A stretch of 64,000 nt of DNA from an uncultured Verrucomicrobiae bacterium (GCA_963718565.1 OY970364.1:1920001-1984000); one strand, 5' to 3'. Counted from the first letter of the stretch, positions 20,311 through 30,503 are shown. Numbers and translations are program-made. The notes: generated by a model from the sequence alone, not told the origin.

Positions 20311-21870
20311 ATGATCCCATCTATAGATTGCTCAAAAAGTGATTCAAACTCTGCCCTTTTGATACCGCAGGACCTTCCAGTTTCAGAGGCATCCTCAGAT
20401 CCAGTCTCAAAGATACCCTCAGAGATGTTCCATCAAATTTTTAACGACTTCTCTATACGAGAATTTCTACCGTGTCAATTGGTCTGTAAACAGTGGAACC
20501 TGATGCTAAACGACAATTGTCTTTGGTGCGTATTGTTTAAAAGGGATTTTCCGAGTGTAAATCCAAGCACTATTAAAGATTTTCGGAAAGCTTACGAGAC
20601 TCTTTACTCAAATCTTATAAACGGAGTGTATGCTTTGCACATGCTTCAAGGGCGCAGAGATATGACCTGCCTTGTTGTTTCTAACGGGAAACTTTTGTTG
20701 GGCTATGAGGATGGAACCATCGAGATTTGGGATGCACAGACAGGTGGATGCATTGCCACTCTTCCAGGGCACGAAGACATAATTTCCTGCCTTGTTGTTT
20801 TTGACGGGAAGCTTTTTTCGGGCTCTTGGGATGGCACCATCAAGATTTGGGATGCACAGACAGGCAGATTCATCACCGCTCTTCAAGAGCATGGAAGCGA
20901 AGTTTACTGTCTTGCTGCTTCTAACGGGAAACTTTTTTCGAGTTCTCGGGATGGTACCATCAAGATTTGGGATATACAGACAGGTGGATGCATTGCCACT
21001 CTTCGAGGGCACAAAGACACGGTTTTCTGCCTTGTTGTTTCTAACGGAAAACTTTTTTCGAGCTCTCGGGATGGCACCATCAAGATTTGGGATGCACAGA
21101 CAGGTGGATTCATCACCGCTCTTCAAGGGCACAGAGACAGGGTTGCCTGCCTTGTTTTTTCTGACGGGAAACTTTTTTCGGGCTATCAGGATGGCACCAT
21201 CGAGATTTGGGATGCACAGACAGGTGGATGCATTGCCACTCTTCAAGGGCACAAAAACACAGTCTCCCACTTTGTTTTTTCTGACGGGAACCTTTTTTCG
21301 AGCTCTTGGGATGGCACCATCAAGATCTGGGATGTACAGACAGGTGGATGCATCACTACCCTTCAAGCGTGCGTGGCTCTCCCCCACTTTGCTGTTGCCG
21401 ATGGGAAGTTCTTTTTGAGTCCTTACGGCAGCACCATCATTGAGATCTGGGACTTTAGAGCAAGTCAGGGTGCGATTTTTCAAGGGATCACGAATTTGTT
21501 AGAAAAAGGAACCCCAGAAGCCACTCAGAGAGCTCTTATGGAATTTTCAAAGATGCCACCAGTAGTAAAAAATGCAATCTACAGAAAGTTTGATGAGATT
21601 TGCAAACCTCTCGCTAAGGACTATGGGGGAAATAGAGAGTTGAATGTATCAAATGCAATCGCAAGAAAGTTGTATGAGATTTGCAAACTTTTCACTAATA
21701 ATTATTGGGGAGGTACCCCGAATGATTATTCGAATTGCGTAGAGGATGCTTTTCACAATCGAAATGGACAAAGTTCTACGTCTGCGCAAAAAGCCCAGGC
21801 GATCAGAGATTATTTGGATGATCAGGCCTCTATAAGTACACTTGCTGAATCACCTTGGAATCAAAACTGA
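20311..21870 (+). CDS. F-box/WD40-repeat protein (eukaryote-like effector)
   Basis: F-box IPSEMFHQIF...LVCKQWNLMLNDNCLW; seven WD40 repeats. Confidence 0.93.
   Translation: MIPSIDCSKSDSNSALLIPQDLPVSEASSDPVSKIPSEMFHQIFNDFSIREFLPCQLVCKQWNLMLNDNCLWCVLFKRDFPSVNPSTIKDFRKAYETLYSNLINGVYALHMLQGRRDMTCLVVSNGKLLLGYEDGTIEIWDAQTGGCIATLPGHEDIISCLVVFDGKLFSGSWDGTIKIWDAQTGRFITALQEHGSEVYCLAASNGKLFSSSRDGTIKIWDIQTGGCIATLRGHKDTVFCLVVSNGKLFSSSRDGTIKIWDAQTGGFITALQGHRDRVACLVFSDGKLFSGYQDGTIEIWDAQTGGCIATLQGHKNTVSHFVFSDGNLFSSSWDGTIKIWDVQTGGCITTLQACVALPHFAVADGKFFLSPYGSTIIEIWDFRASQGAIFQGITNLLEKGTPEATQRALMEFSKMPPVVKNAIYRKFDEICKPLAKDYGGNRELNVSNAIARKLYEICKLFTNNYWGGTPNDYSNCVEDAFHNRNGQSSTSAQKAQAIRDYLDDQASISTLAESPWNQN
20641..21453 (+). 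repeat. Intragenic tandem repeat, 120-bp period (WD40 units)
   Basis: atgg(a/c/t)accatc(g/a)agat(t/c)tggga recurs at 20711, 20831, 20951, 21071, 21191, 21311. Confidence 0.95.
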
Positions 21871-21881
21871 GAAAGACTATG

Positions 21882-21936
21882 GAGGGAATTGCAAAACTCT
21901 TTGCCAGCAGAAAGTCGATGATTTTGCAATTCCATC
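21882..21936. mobile_element. Internally deleted copy of MITE family C
   Basis: gagggaattgcaaaactctttgccagcagaaagtcgatgattttg matches the reverse complement of the right end of 29552-29733. Confidence 0.75.
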
Positions 21937-21991
21937 TTTAGTAAATAACCCAGTATCAGAATGTTATAAATCTACGCTTTTGGTGATGCTA

Positions 21992-23111
21992 TACTATTCA
22001 TGATTGGATTCTGTAAAATTTTAAATTTCCCTAAAAAATATTTCAGCGATAGTGGATAATGCTTCTATGCAAAAGTTGTCCAATGAGCAGCGTTTATATT
22101 TAGAACAGCTTGTAAAAAAAACAAGAGATGTCAACGAACGGAACCGTGTATGCGTCATTTTAGGTAGGGATGATTGCCACAGTCCAGGGGAAATAGCGGC
22201 GATTTTAAGAATTAGCGAGTCGTCCGTTTATGATTATCAAAGAGAATACGATGCCAAGCAAAAAACTATCAATGATCCACATTTGGGAAAGGCCTCCAAG
22301 TTAACCCTAGACCAAGAAGATGCGCTGAGGAGACATTTGAGTCAAATAACGTATCTCAAAATGAGCAAAATTTGTCTCTACGTTCTAGACGCATATCAAG
22401 TGAAATACACTGTGGCTGGTATGACAAATTGGTTGAAGAGGCATGGATTTGTTTATAAACATCCAATCAAAGTACCAGGAAAGCTCGATCCCGAAAAACA
22501 AGCTGCGTTCCTTAAAAAATACAATGAATTGAAAGCCGGTCTCCAAGAAGGCGAGAAAATTTTCTTTGGAGATGCTGTACACCCTGAGTATCAGAGCCAG
22601 TCTGTGGCTGGGTGGATCCTAAAAAACGAAATAAAGACATTAGGAACAACCGCTAAGCAAGAGCGATTGCATTTTATTGGTGCCATTGAATTGACTGCAA
22701 TGCAAGTCGTGACGAAGGAATATAGCACTGTGGATGCTGCAAGTGCGGTCGATTTTCTCCAAACGTTAGCGGCTAATACAGATGCAAAAAAAATCCACTT
22801 AATCTTAGACAACGGCAGATCAAACAAGAATAAGGAAGTGCAAAAATATTTGGATAGCCAAACCAAAATTCAAATACACTACTTACCTCCGTATTCCCCA
22901 AATTTGAATGCTATTGAGCGTTTATGGAAAGTTATGAGAGAGTGTGTTACTTATAATACACTGTATTCAAAATTCAATGAATTTACTGAGAAAATTAGAG
23001 ATTTTTTCAACACTGGCGTTATTAATTTAAAAGACATGCTGAAAAAGCGAATTAACGACAATTTCCAAACAATTGAACTCAATCCTCTCCAGACTTCAAT
23101 TTTCTAGAGTA
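21992..23111 (+). mobile_element. IS630-family insertion sequence, copy 1 (1120 bp, TA duplication)
   Basis: TA|TACTATTC...CTAGAGTA|TA; same ends and length as 50257-51376. Confidence 0.93.
22052..23107 (+). CDS. IS630 DDE transposase
   Basis: FGDAVHP, ILDNGRSNK, LPPYSPNLNAIERLW. Confidence 0.96.
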   Translation: MDNASMQKLSNEQRLYLEQLVKKTRDVNERNRVCVILGRDDCHSPGEIAAILRISESSVYDYQREYDAKQKTINDPHLGKASKLTLDQEDALRRHLSQITYLKMSKICLYVLDAYQVKYTVAGMTNWLKRHGFVYKHPIKVPGKLDPEKQAAFLKKYNELKAGLQEGEKIFFGDAVHPEYQSQSVAGWILKNEIKTLGTTAKQERLHFIGAIELTAMQVVTKEYSTVDAASAVDFLQTLAANTDAKKIHLILDNGRSNKNKEVQKYLDSQTKIQIHYLPPYSPNLNAIERLWKVMRECVTYNTLYSKFNEFTEKIRDFFNTGVINLKDMLKKRINDNFQTIELNPLQTSIF

Positions 23112-23204
23112 TATATGAATGCTTCATTGATCGCATAACCCTCTTTACCTTGGAGTAAAATTCTCAGGAAGTTTTTCCGTGATTTGCTGGAGGCTGTTGT
23201 GTAA

Positions 23205-23297
23205 TTGGATCCATGCCTGATTGAGATCGATAAATGCAAAGCCTGGCATGGATCCAAATGACATTCAGTGCTTGCCATAGGTTTTTGAGGACGTACC
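23205..23297. mobile_element. MITE family A, partial copy in inverted orientation
   Basis: Near-identical to the reverse complement of 12041-12132. Confidence 0.85.
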
Positions 23298-23326
23298 GAG
23301 ATGAATCGCACCACGACAGAAGTTAA

Positions 23327-23704
23327 TTAATTTGGTAGTAGGTTTAGTACTCGACACCTATCTGCACGTAGCTGCTGAATGATTGGCATGCCGCTAATTT
23401 GGTCTAGAATATTTTGCTTTAATCTCACAATCCGCGGATCTTGGATTTGCAATAGATCGACTTGAGCCGGATTGAGTTGCAATTCTCCGACAGTGTACAC
23501 GGTTGCTGTACCAACCATATTAATATTCAGTTTCTCTACAAGATTCTTTGTCGAAGGGTCTCGAGGATTCTGGAATGCTTCGGGGAAAGGAGGCTGTGTG
23601 GTTCTAAATACCAAATGTGGTAACCTGCTTTCATCTCCCGGAAACATTCTTTGTAGCAAACGCTGAGAAGCTTCGAGATTAGCTTGGTGCACGATTAACG
23701 ACAT
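23327..23704 (-). CDS. Hypothetical protein, tandem paralog 1
   Basis: MSLIVHQ...QDPRIVRLKQNIL shared with the next ORF; gagg SD. Confidence 0.75.
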   Translation of the reverse strand: MSLIVHQANLEASQRLLQRMFPGDESRLPHLVFRTTQPPFPEAFQNPRDPSTKNLVEKLNINMVGTATVYTVGELQLNPAQVDLLQIQDPRIVRLKQNILDQISGMPIIQQLRADRCRVLNLLPN

Positions 23705-23801
23705 AAAAACTCCTCATTTTTAATTAAGTGTGTCTGAAGAACGTCAAAAAATCAGCATAAATCCATGCAGCTATTGTGCGGTTAAGCAAAATTTTTTGCA
23801 T

Positions 23802-24233
23802 TCAATTTTTTGGTCCACGAGGGATGTTACTTGGTATTGTCGCATTATTTATTTGGGTTAATCTTTGATGGCTCTTTACTCGAAGTCTTTCTGCACGTAG
23901 ATCCTGAATGATTGGCATATTGCTAATTTGATTTAGAATATTTTGTTTTAATCTCACAATCCGCGGATCTTGGACTTGCAATTGATCGACTTGATCCGGA
24001 TCGAGGTGCAATTCTCCGACAGTGTATATGGTTGCTATAGCAACCGTATCAATCTTCAGCATACTTACAAGACACTTTGTTAAAGGATGTTGGGGATCCT
24101 GGAGTGTTAGGAGGCGAGGCGGTTCTGTGGTCCCAAATACCAAATTTTGTAACTTACTTTCATCTTCCGGAAACATTCTTTGTAGCAAACGCCGAGAAGC
24201 ATCGAGACTATCTTGGTGCACGATTAATGACAT
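23802..24233 (-). CDS. Hypothetical protein, tandem paralog 2
   Basis: Homologous to 23327-23704 including upstream DNA. Confidence 0.75.
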   Translation of the reverse strand: MSLIVHQDSLDASRRLLQRMFPEDESKLQNLVFGTTEPPRLLTLQDPQHPLTKCLVSMLKIDTVAIATIYTVGELHLDPDQVDQLQVQDPRIVRLKQNILNQISNMPIIQDLRAERLRVKSHQRLTQINNATIPSNIPRGPKN

Positions 24234-24443
24234 AAAAAATCCTTATTTTAATTAAGCGTGTTTGAAGAACGTCAAAAAAATTAGCATAGGTCCAGCAATT
24301 AAGAAAAGAAGAAAGAAGTTAAGAGCCAGGGTATAGGAAATTAAGAAGAATTTTTTAAACTTAGTAAGGGTTTTTAAAGTGTCTCTTTTTCACATGTCGG
24401 GGACAAAGCACTGCGTGTCCTTTATCTCCTGCTGGCCCCCTTG

Positions 24444-24559
24444 GGACTCATCTCGCTTTGCCAAATCGCGTGCTCGTCGGGGGGCCGTGCAAAGCACTGA
24501 TCCCCCCACGCGCTGACCGCGCTCTCCTGCGCTGCGATTTTGCTTTGCGATCTGAGTCC
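24444..24559. repeat. GC-rich nested hairpin element related to the interior of MITE family D
   Basis: ggactca/tgagtcc, aaatcgc/gcgattt and gggggg/cccccc stems; ctttgccaaatcg...cgattttgctt shared with 46179-46350. Confidence 0.65.
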
Positions 24560-24607
24560 ATCGGCTGCTCATGCGCTCACTTCCCGCCCTGGCTTCGCCC
24601 TTTCGTG

Positions 24608-24675
24608 GTGCGCCCGGTATGGGCAATTACTAGTCGGTGAAAATCCGATCATAACCCTAAAAGGAGGGAATACGT
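24608..24675 (+). mobile_element. Probable 5' remnant of a group IIC intron
   Basis: GTGCGCCCGGTATGGG...TCGGTGAAAATCCGA resembles the IIC 5' end; no RT ORF or domain V follows. Confidence 0.6.
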
Positions 24676-24842
24676 CTTTCTCCTTTTAGTTTTTCAGCCT
24701 TTCATCGGGCATTGTCTCGATGACGAGTTTGAATCTTTCTAGGTCTCCAAGGTTCTGAAGCTGTTCTTTGTATCTGAGGTGAATTTTATATATTTTTCAT
24801 TTTACGAGGCTGTTTTCCAAGAGAGAGTTTGGGGTAATTTAC

Positions 24843-24887
24843 TTTCCCGATGAAAATTTTCTGCTAGGAAAATTCTTCATCGAGAAA
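24843..24887 (-). terminator. Hairpin downstream of cyoE
   Basis: tttcccgatgaaaattttc / gaaaattcttcatcgagaaa. Confidence 0.5.
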
Positions 24888-24894
24888 TGCTCAA

Positions 24895-25773
24895 TTAAAG
24901 AGCAGATGGGCTCAAGGGGATGATGAAGCATAGCGTTGTGACAGTGACCAAGGAAAAAAGAAACATTTTGCGGGCCCAGATGTGATCATTTTTACAATTA
25001 AAGCCTTTAATGCAAAGCCAAAGCCAGGAGATTCCAAGAAGGGCAGTGGCGATCAGATAGATACGGCCAGTATAATTAAAAGCCGTCAGCATGAAGGAGG
25101 TAAGAATAAAGGCAATGAGATAGAGCAACATCTGGATTTTTGTAGTGTAAATCCCCCTTTTTATTGGCAAAACGGGGATGGCTGCTTTGGCATAATCTTC
25201 AAGGCGATAGATCGCAATCGCAAAAAAGTGCGGCATCTGCCACATCGCAATCATTAAAAATAATAAAAACGCTCCGAAATCAATGTGGTGACTGACGGAA
25301 CAATATCCCACAACCGGGGGGATTGCTCCTGCTATACTGCCGATGAGAGTTCCATGAACTGTGTGGTATTTTGAAAAACTATATAAAACGACATAGACAA
25401 AAAACCCAAAAAGCGCAATCGCCGTTGCTAATAAGCTTGAGAAGACAGCCAAAAAAAATGTCCCCAATAGTCCGAGAATGATAGAGAATTTAATGGCGTG
25501 TTGCCGTGTCATCGCACCCGTAACAAGCGCTCGATGTTTCGTCCTCGCCATCTTTTCATCGCTGTTGCGATCGATAAAATTATTCAGGACACAAGCTGAG
25601 GCGATGATCAAAGAGAGACCTACAAGCACAGCTAAAAAGAGACAAAGGTCAAATTGTTTTCTCGATGCAAGAGCAAAACCTCCAGCTGCTGTGATCGCAT
25701 TCCCCAAGATGATGCCGGGCTTGGTGAGCAGAAAATGAGTTTTTGTCGTTTTAAAAGCTGTAGATAAGTCCAT
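24895..25773 (-). CDS. cyoE: Heme O synthase (protoheme IX farnesyltransferase)
   Basis: LTKPGI, DRNSDEKMARTKHR, GAIPPVVG, WQMPHF. Confidence 0.96.
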   Translation of the reverse strand: MDLSTAFKTTKTHFLLTKPGIILGNAITAAGGFALASRKQFDLCLFLAVLVGLSLIIASACVLNNFIDRNSDEKMARTKHRALVTGAMTRQHAIKFSIILGLLGTFFLAVFSSLLATAIALFGFFVYVVLYSFSKYHTVHGTLIGSIAGAIPPVVGYCSVSHHIDFGAFLLFLMIAMWQMPHFFAIAIYRLEDYAKAAIPVLPIKRGIYTTKIQMLLYLIAFILTSFMLTAFNYTGRIYLIATALLGISWLWLCIKGFNCKNDHIWARKMFLFSLVTVTTLCFIIPLSPSAL

Positions 25774-26103
25774 CTAATGTTCCATTGCTGGCATGAGATT
25801 GTAATTGATATTGTTCATAATCCATAGGGAGCCGCCGATAATCAGAATAATGACCAATATCGTGAAAAGAAAAGTGATCGTATTCCAACGCGGCTTAGAC
25901 TCCAAACCCACATGCATGAAAAACAGCAATTGGACGATCGCTTGAGAAAATGCGGAGCAGATAATCGTCGCATGCAAGAGGCCATCGGTCAAATGATGGT
26001 GGGTGATAATGCGGTAACACGAAATCAACAAAACAAAGGAGATGACGAATCCGATAAATTGCGGTTTTAAACTCGCATTCCAGCCATGATGCGGATCGAT
26101 CAT
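25774..26103 (-). CDS. cyoD: Cytochrome bo3 oxidase subunit IV
   Basis: QLLFFMH, GGSLWIMNN; ATGA overlap with the cyoC stop. Confidence 0.9.
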   Translation of the reverse strand: MIDPHHGWNASLKPQFIGFVISFVLLISCYRIITHHHLTDGLLHATIICSAFSQAIVQLLFFMHVGLESKPRWNTITFLFTILVIILIIGGSLWIMNNINYNLMPAMEH

Positions 26104-26705
26104 ACTACCCCCAGCAAATAGACAAATGAGAATATAAAGACCCAGATAATGTTTAAGAATTGCCAGAACATTTTTAAACAGATCAATCTTCTCAAGTGAA
26201 CAGCGGTAATCCCTTCCAGACAAACAGGAAGAATCAGCACAATCACCCAAACCAAGGCGAATATCATGTGGAGGGCATGTGTTCCAATAAGTGTGAAATA
26301 CGCCGAGAGAAACGCGCTTCTCTGCCATCCATTTCCGCCATGTACAAGGCGCGTCATATCGGACAGCTCCATTACAACGAAAATGATTCCCAATAAGAAG
26401 GTCGCTCCAAATAAGACGATCGTCCACTTTTTGTCTTTGCGGTGTGCCATTGCCGCTCCTAGTCCGATGGTCAAGCTGCTGATAAGCAAAATGAGAGCTG
26501 GAGACAAAGTATAAGGAACTTCAAACAACTCCTTCACAGAAGGGCCGCCAAATGTGCTGTGGCGCAGGACTGCATAAGTGGCAAAAAAGGTTCCAAACAG
26601 GACGAAATCTGTCAAAAGATAGAGCCAAAAACCAAAGGTCGTCCTCGAATAAAGATTGTGATGGGGATCGGGAAAATGCTCATGGGGAATCGTTTCGGGA
26701 TTCAT
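26100..26705 (-). CDS. cyoC: Cytochrome bo3 oxidase subunit III
   Basis: [27 protein letters not shown]. Confidence 0.95.
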   Translation of the reverse strand: MNPETIPHEHFPDPHHNLYSRTTFGFWLYLLTDFVLFGTFFATYAVLRHSTFGGPSVKELFEVPYTLSPALILLISSLTIGLGAAMAHRKDKKWTIVLFGATFLLGIIFVVMELSDMTRLVHGGNGWQRSAFLSAYFTLIGTHALHMIFALVWVIVLILPVCLEGITAVHLRRLICLKMFWQFLNIIWVFIFSFVYLLGVV

Positions 26706-28660
26706 CGTGGGTGTAAAGACCTAGTTTCTAATTTTTCTACCTCTTCAGGCGTGAGATGATAGCCGGGATGTTTTTCATAGAGACGAGCGATCACGCATGC
26801 AATGATGCCTATGAACCCGATTGCAGCCAGCCAGAACATATACCAGATCAGTCCAAAGCCAAGGAGAAAGCTGAAGGCTCCGATATACAAACCGATTGCG
26901 GAATTTTTCGGCATATGGATCTCTTCATATTTTGGCTTAAGGCGGGCTTGTTTCTGATGTTTCATCACCCAAAAAGCATCGCGTGAATGGACTTCGGGTT
27001 CTACTGCAAAGTTGTAAAATGGCGGAGGAGAGGTCGTCGACCATTCTAAATTCCTGCCATTCCAGGGATCGCCAGTAATGTCCCTGTTTTCTTCGCGTCG
27101 TTTGACGCTGACAAGGATTTGCAGGACTTGGAAACAGACACCCAAAATAATGAGCAAAGCCCCAAGGCCAGCCATGAGGAACAGAGGCTGCCATTCATCC
27201 ACTTCATAATAGTTGAGTCGTCTTGTCGCTCCCATAAACCCAAGGAGGTATAATGGGGAAAAGGCGATGAGAAAGCCTAATAGCCAGCACCAAAAAGCGT
27301 ATTTCCCTAACTTTTCATCGAGTTTAAACCCGATAAACTTGGGGAACCAATAGGAATAGGCTGCAAAAAAACCAAAGACAACACCGCCAATGATCACAAA
27401 ATGAAAATGCGCAATCAAAAATAAGCTGTTGTGCACTTGAAAATCAGCGGCGGGCACCGACATGAGGACTCCAGCCAGACCGCCCAGTATAAAGATCACG
27501 ATAAACCCTAAAAACCAATACATGGGAGTCTTAAATTGGATACGCCCCCGGAACATCGTAAAGAGCCAATTGAAAATTTTTACGCCCGTGGGAATGGCGA
27601 TAATCATCGTCATGATGCCGAAGAACGCATTGACATTGGCTCCCGCACCCATGGTAAAGAAGTGATGCAACCAAACGATAAAGGCCAGAAAAGTGATCGC
27701 ACCGAGGGCCCACACCATCGAGGTATATCCAAAGAGTTTTTTTTGCGAAAAGACAGGGACGACCTCCGAAAAGACTCCAAAAGCTGGTAAAACGAGAATA
27801 TAAACCTCTGGATGTCCCCAAGCCCAGAATAGATTGATATACATCATGGGGTTGCCGCCAAATTCTGCAGTAAAAATCCGCGTATCGAGGAGTCTATCCG
27901 TTGTGAGCATAGCTGCGGTTGCTGTCAAAATGGGGAACGCAAAGACAACTAGAATCATCGTCACCAGGCTTGCCCAAACAAAAATAGGCATCCTCATCAA
28001 TGTCATTCCAGGGCAACGCATTTTTAAAATCGTGACAAGGAAGTTGATTCCCGAGAGCAAACTTCCGGCGCCGGATATTTGGACGCTCCATAGCCAATAA
28101 TCTACTCCGACACCCGGGTTATATTTGATGCCTGACAGAGGAGGGTATGCAGACCATCCTGTTCCGGCGTAGACACCGATTACGAGCGAGACGAGAACGA
28201 ACATTGCTCCTGATGTAAATAACCAGAAACTGATGTTATTAAGAAGGGGAAAAGCCACGTCGCGGGCGCCAATTTGCAAAGGAACCACAAGGTTCATGAT
28301 TCCGAACACGAGCCCCATCCCAACAAAGAAAATCATAGTCACGCCATGGGCAGTCACGAGTTGCTGAAAGTGAGGAGCGGTCAAATAGCCCATCGAATCG
28401 CCAACAGCAAAAGCCTGTTGTCCACGGATCATAAGAGCGTCAATAAGGCCTTTGAATAACATCACGAAGGAGACGATGATGTACATCAGTCCGATTTTTT
28501 TATGATCGACGGAAGTGATCCATTCGTCCCAAAGCCACTTCCAACGTCGATGGTAGGTAAGCAGGGTTATGAAAAAAAGAGCGCCTATGAGCATCGAAGC
28601 TCCGGCAAGGTATTCAATCCAGTCGTGTTTAAAGGCTTCTAAAGTTAATCGTCCAAACAT
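26702..28660 (-). CDS. cyoB: Cytochrome bo3 oxidase subunit I
   Basis: [31 protein letters not shown]. Confidence 0.98.
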   Translation of the reverse strand: MFGRLTLEAFKHDWIEYLAGASMLIGALFFITLLTYHRRWKWLWDEWITSVDHKKIGLMYIIVSFVMLFKGLIDALMIRGQQAFAVGDSMGYLTAPHFQQLVTAHGVTMIFFVGMGLVFGIMNLVVPLQIGARDVAFPLLNNISFWLFTSGAMFVLVSLVIGVYAGTGWSAYPPLSGIKYNPGVGVDYWLWSVQISGAGSLLSGINFLVTILKMRCPGMTLMRMPIFVWASLVTMILVVFAFPILTATAAMLTTDRLLDTRIFTAEFGGNPMMYINLFWAWGHPEVYILVLPAFGVFSEVVPVFSQKKLFGYTSMVWALGAITFLAFIVWLHHFFTMGAGANVNAFFGIMTMIIAIPTGVKIFNWLFTMFRGRIQFKTPMYWFLGFIVIFILGGLAGVLMSVPAADFQVHNSLFLIAHFHFVIIGGVVFGFFAAYSYWFPKFIGFKLDEKLGKYAFWCWLLGFLIAFSPLYLLGFMGATRRLNYYEVDEWQPLFLMAGLGALLIILGVCFQVLQILVSVKRREENRDITGDPWNGRNLEWSTTSPPPFYNFAVEPEVHSRDAFWVMKHQKQARLKPKYEEIHMPKNSAIGLYIGAFSFLLGFGLIWYMFWLAAIGFIGIIACVIARLYEKHPGYHLTPEEVEKLETRSLHPR

Positions 28661-28676
28661 CTCTTTTCCTTGGAAG

Positions 28677-29534
28677 TCATGGCTGCATGTATTTCATAAG
28701 AATGCGATCAAACAAATCTCCTTGAGTGAGCACATAGCAGGTCACGGGATCGTATTCGCTAGCTTTAAGTAAATGTTGATATTCATCGAGATTAAGATTC
28801 TTTGGAGACTGCCTTATTGTTTGCACCCACTGATTAAAATCTTCTTCAGAGCTCGACTTTGCAGTGAATTTCATTCCTGCAAAGCCAGCTCCACTAATGT
28901 TGGCTGAACAACCGCGAAAGCTTCCTGGTTCATTAGCGATCAGATGGAGCCTTGATCGCATTGCTGGCATTGCATAAATTTGGCCGCCGAGCTGCGGAAT
29001 CCAAAATGAGTTCATGGGGGCATCTGATGTAATCTCAAAGCTAATCGGCGTTTTTTCAGGAAACTGAACAAAATTAATGACTGCAATCCCTTGCTCTGGA
29101 TAGATGAACAGCCATTTCCATTGCAAGGCAATAGCTTGGATCGTCAGCGGCTTTTTGTCTGTCACAATCGGTTTAAAGGGGTTGAGCTCGTGGCTTGATT
29201 TCCAGGTGAGGACAGCTAGAATGGCAATGATGAAGATCGGAACTCCCCACCAGCAGTATTCAGCGATGTAGTTGTGTTCCCAATCAGGATGATGTTTTGC
29301 CTTGACGTTGCCTTCTCTATATATCCAGGCAAAAGCCCATGTCAAGATAAAGACAGGAATGACGACGATCAACATCAACAGTGAGGAGGTGATAATGAGG
29401 TCGCGCTCTTTTTCTCCAATCATTCCCTTGGGATCTAGAACGGGAATGTTGTGGTTGCTCATGTACATTACAGTTAAAGCACATGCCGCAAGAAAAAATA
29501 AAAGGATCAGAGCGAATTTGAATGACTTTTTCAT
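28677..29534 (-). CDS. cyoA: Cytochrome bo3 oxidase subunit II
   Basis: [33 protein letters not shown]; no CuA ligand set. Confidence 0.96.
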   Translation of the reverse strand: MKKSFKFALILLFFLAACALTVMYMSNHNIPVLDPKGMIGEKERDLIITSSLLMLIVVIPVFILTWAFAWIYREGNVKAKHHPDWEHNYIAEYCWWGVPIFIIAILAVLTWKSSHELNPFKPIVTDKKPLTIQAIALQWKWLFIYPEQGIAVINFVQFPEKTPISFEITSDAPMNSFWIPQLGGQIYAMPAMRSRLHLIANEPGSFRGCSANISGAGFAGMKFTAKSSSEEDFNQWVQTIRQSPKNLNLDEYQHLLKASEYDPVTCYVLTQGDLFDRILMKYMQP

Positions 29535-29551
29535 TTTGTGAACTGTCTAAC

Positions 29552-29733
29552 GAGGGAATTGTAAAATTCTTCGCCGCATAAAATCGCGCTTTTGCCACCT
29601 GTCGCCTTAGCGGCGGCTCTTCTACTTATCCAAGTATGCTTTCGCCGCCGCCAACCGAACCCGCTGTGCGGGTTCTGGCAACAGGCGCCAAAATCATCGA
29701 TTTTCTGCTGGCGAGGAGTTTTGCAATTCCCTC
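29552..29733. mobile_element. MITE family C, full copy with TAAC target duplication, in the cyoA leader
   Basis: TAAC|gagggaattgtaaaattcttcgcc...ggcgaggagttttgcaattccctc|TAAC. Confidence 0.85.
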
Positions 29734-29786
29734 TAACACCAAGCTGTTTTTCAATCTCATAATGAAAGCAGACCTAATTGTCTAGC

Positions 29787-30503
29787 CTATTGTTTGATTG
29801 TTTGTTCAGCGGGGCTTGATTTGTTCACTAGGGCTTGATAGGTAAAAGTGTGCGAGGAAATTTTCTTGCCCTTTTTGTTAGTGAAAAGTTTGTAATTTTT
29901 TTCTTGTGGTGTGAATTTGACTTTGAAAGTGATGAGGCGCCATTCCTCTCCGTTTTGAGTTTTCTTGCCGACAGAATGCAACGCTCCTTTGCGATGGAAC
30001 TTGCGCGATCCCATGGGTTCAAAGCCAATGACGATGGTGTCATCACAAAGAATTGTGGGATCATTCGATGGACTGGAAAGTTGTTTCCAAGAGATTTCTT
30101 GTCGATAAAGTTTTTCTTTTGCTTGTGCGAAAGCAAGGTCAGCGAAATGATGCATTTGCATGCGATAGGCGCTTTCAATCTCTTTCTTTAGCGCCTTCAT
30201 TGGCAATTGGGCAAGCGGAAGCGTGCATAGGCTGACCAAATAAAGGCCGAGCATGAGTTCAAGCAGGAGAAAATGCCTTTTATTGACGGGATATCTTCCT
30301 CGAGTTAAGCTTTCCCTTACAAAATGTTCTTGGTCGTCAGGATGTATGCAACTTAAAGGTAAGGCCCTCTTTAACCTTTTGAGGATCAATTGGCAAGAAG
30401 ATCGCAAAAGCGAAATAAAAGAATGGCAAATGGAAGACTTGCGGGAATTAGACATTGGGGAATTGTTTTCCCGTTTAAAAAAACTCGGTCTCATTTTAGA
30501 CAA
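29787..30503 (-). CDS. Prepilin-like (pseudopilin) protein; true start uncertain, likely near 30300-30390
   Basis: KRH-FLLLELMLGLYLVSL type III signal-like motif. Confidence 0.55.
   Translation of the reverse strand: MSKMRPSFFKRENNSPMSNSRKSSICHSFISLLRSSCQLILKRLKRALPLSCIHPDDQEHFVRESLTRGRYPVNKRHFLLLELMLGLYLVSLCTLPLAQLPMKALKKEIESAYRMQMHHFADLAFAQAKEKLYRQEISWKQLSSPSNDPTILCDDTIVIGFEPMGSRKFHRKGALHSVGKKTQNGEEWRLITFKVKFTPQEKNYKLFTNKKGKKISSHTFTYQALVNKSSPAEQTIKQ

Noticed and set aside
20641..21453. Regular 120-bp repeats as a CRISPR array or DGR template/variable repeats
   Set aside because: The repeats are in-frame WD40 units without unique spacers. No cas or reverse transcriptase gene is in the window, and variation is not adenine-specific.
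20608..21483. 291-aa antisense ORF and 208-aa alternative-frame ORF over the WD40 gene
   Set aside because: A stop-free repeat unit propagates open frames; there is no independent sign of coding.
24606..24617. CCGGGCGCACCA on the minus strand as a tRNA-Arg 3' end or att site
   Set aside because: No T-arm (GTTCRA) or cloverleaf precedes it; the + strand fits a group II intron start better.
24390..24640. Short ORFs (78 aa and 60 aa) in the GC-rich patch
   Set aside because: Explained by the GC-rich palindromic element; no protein motifs.
26104..26427. N-terminal extension of cyoD in the ORF track
   Set aside because: It overlaps cyoC out of frame; the ATG at 26103 gives normal length and ATGA coupling.
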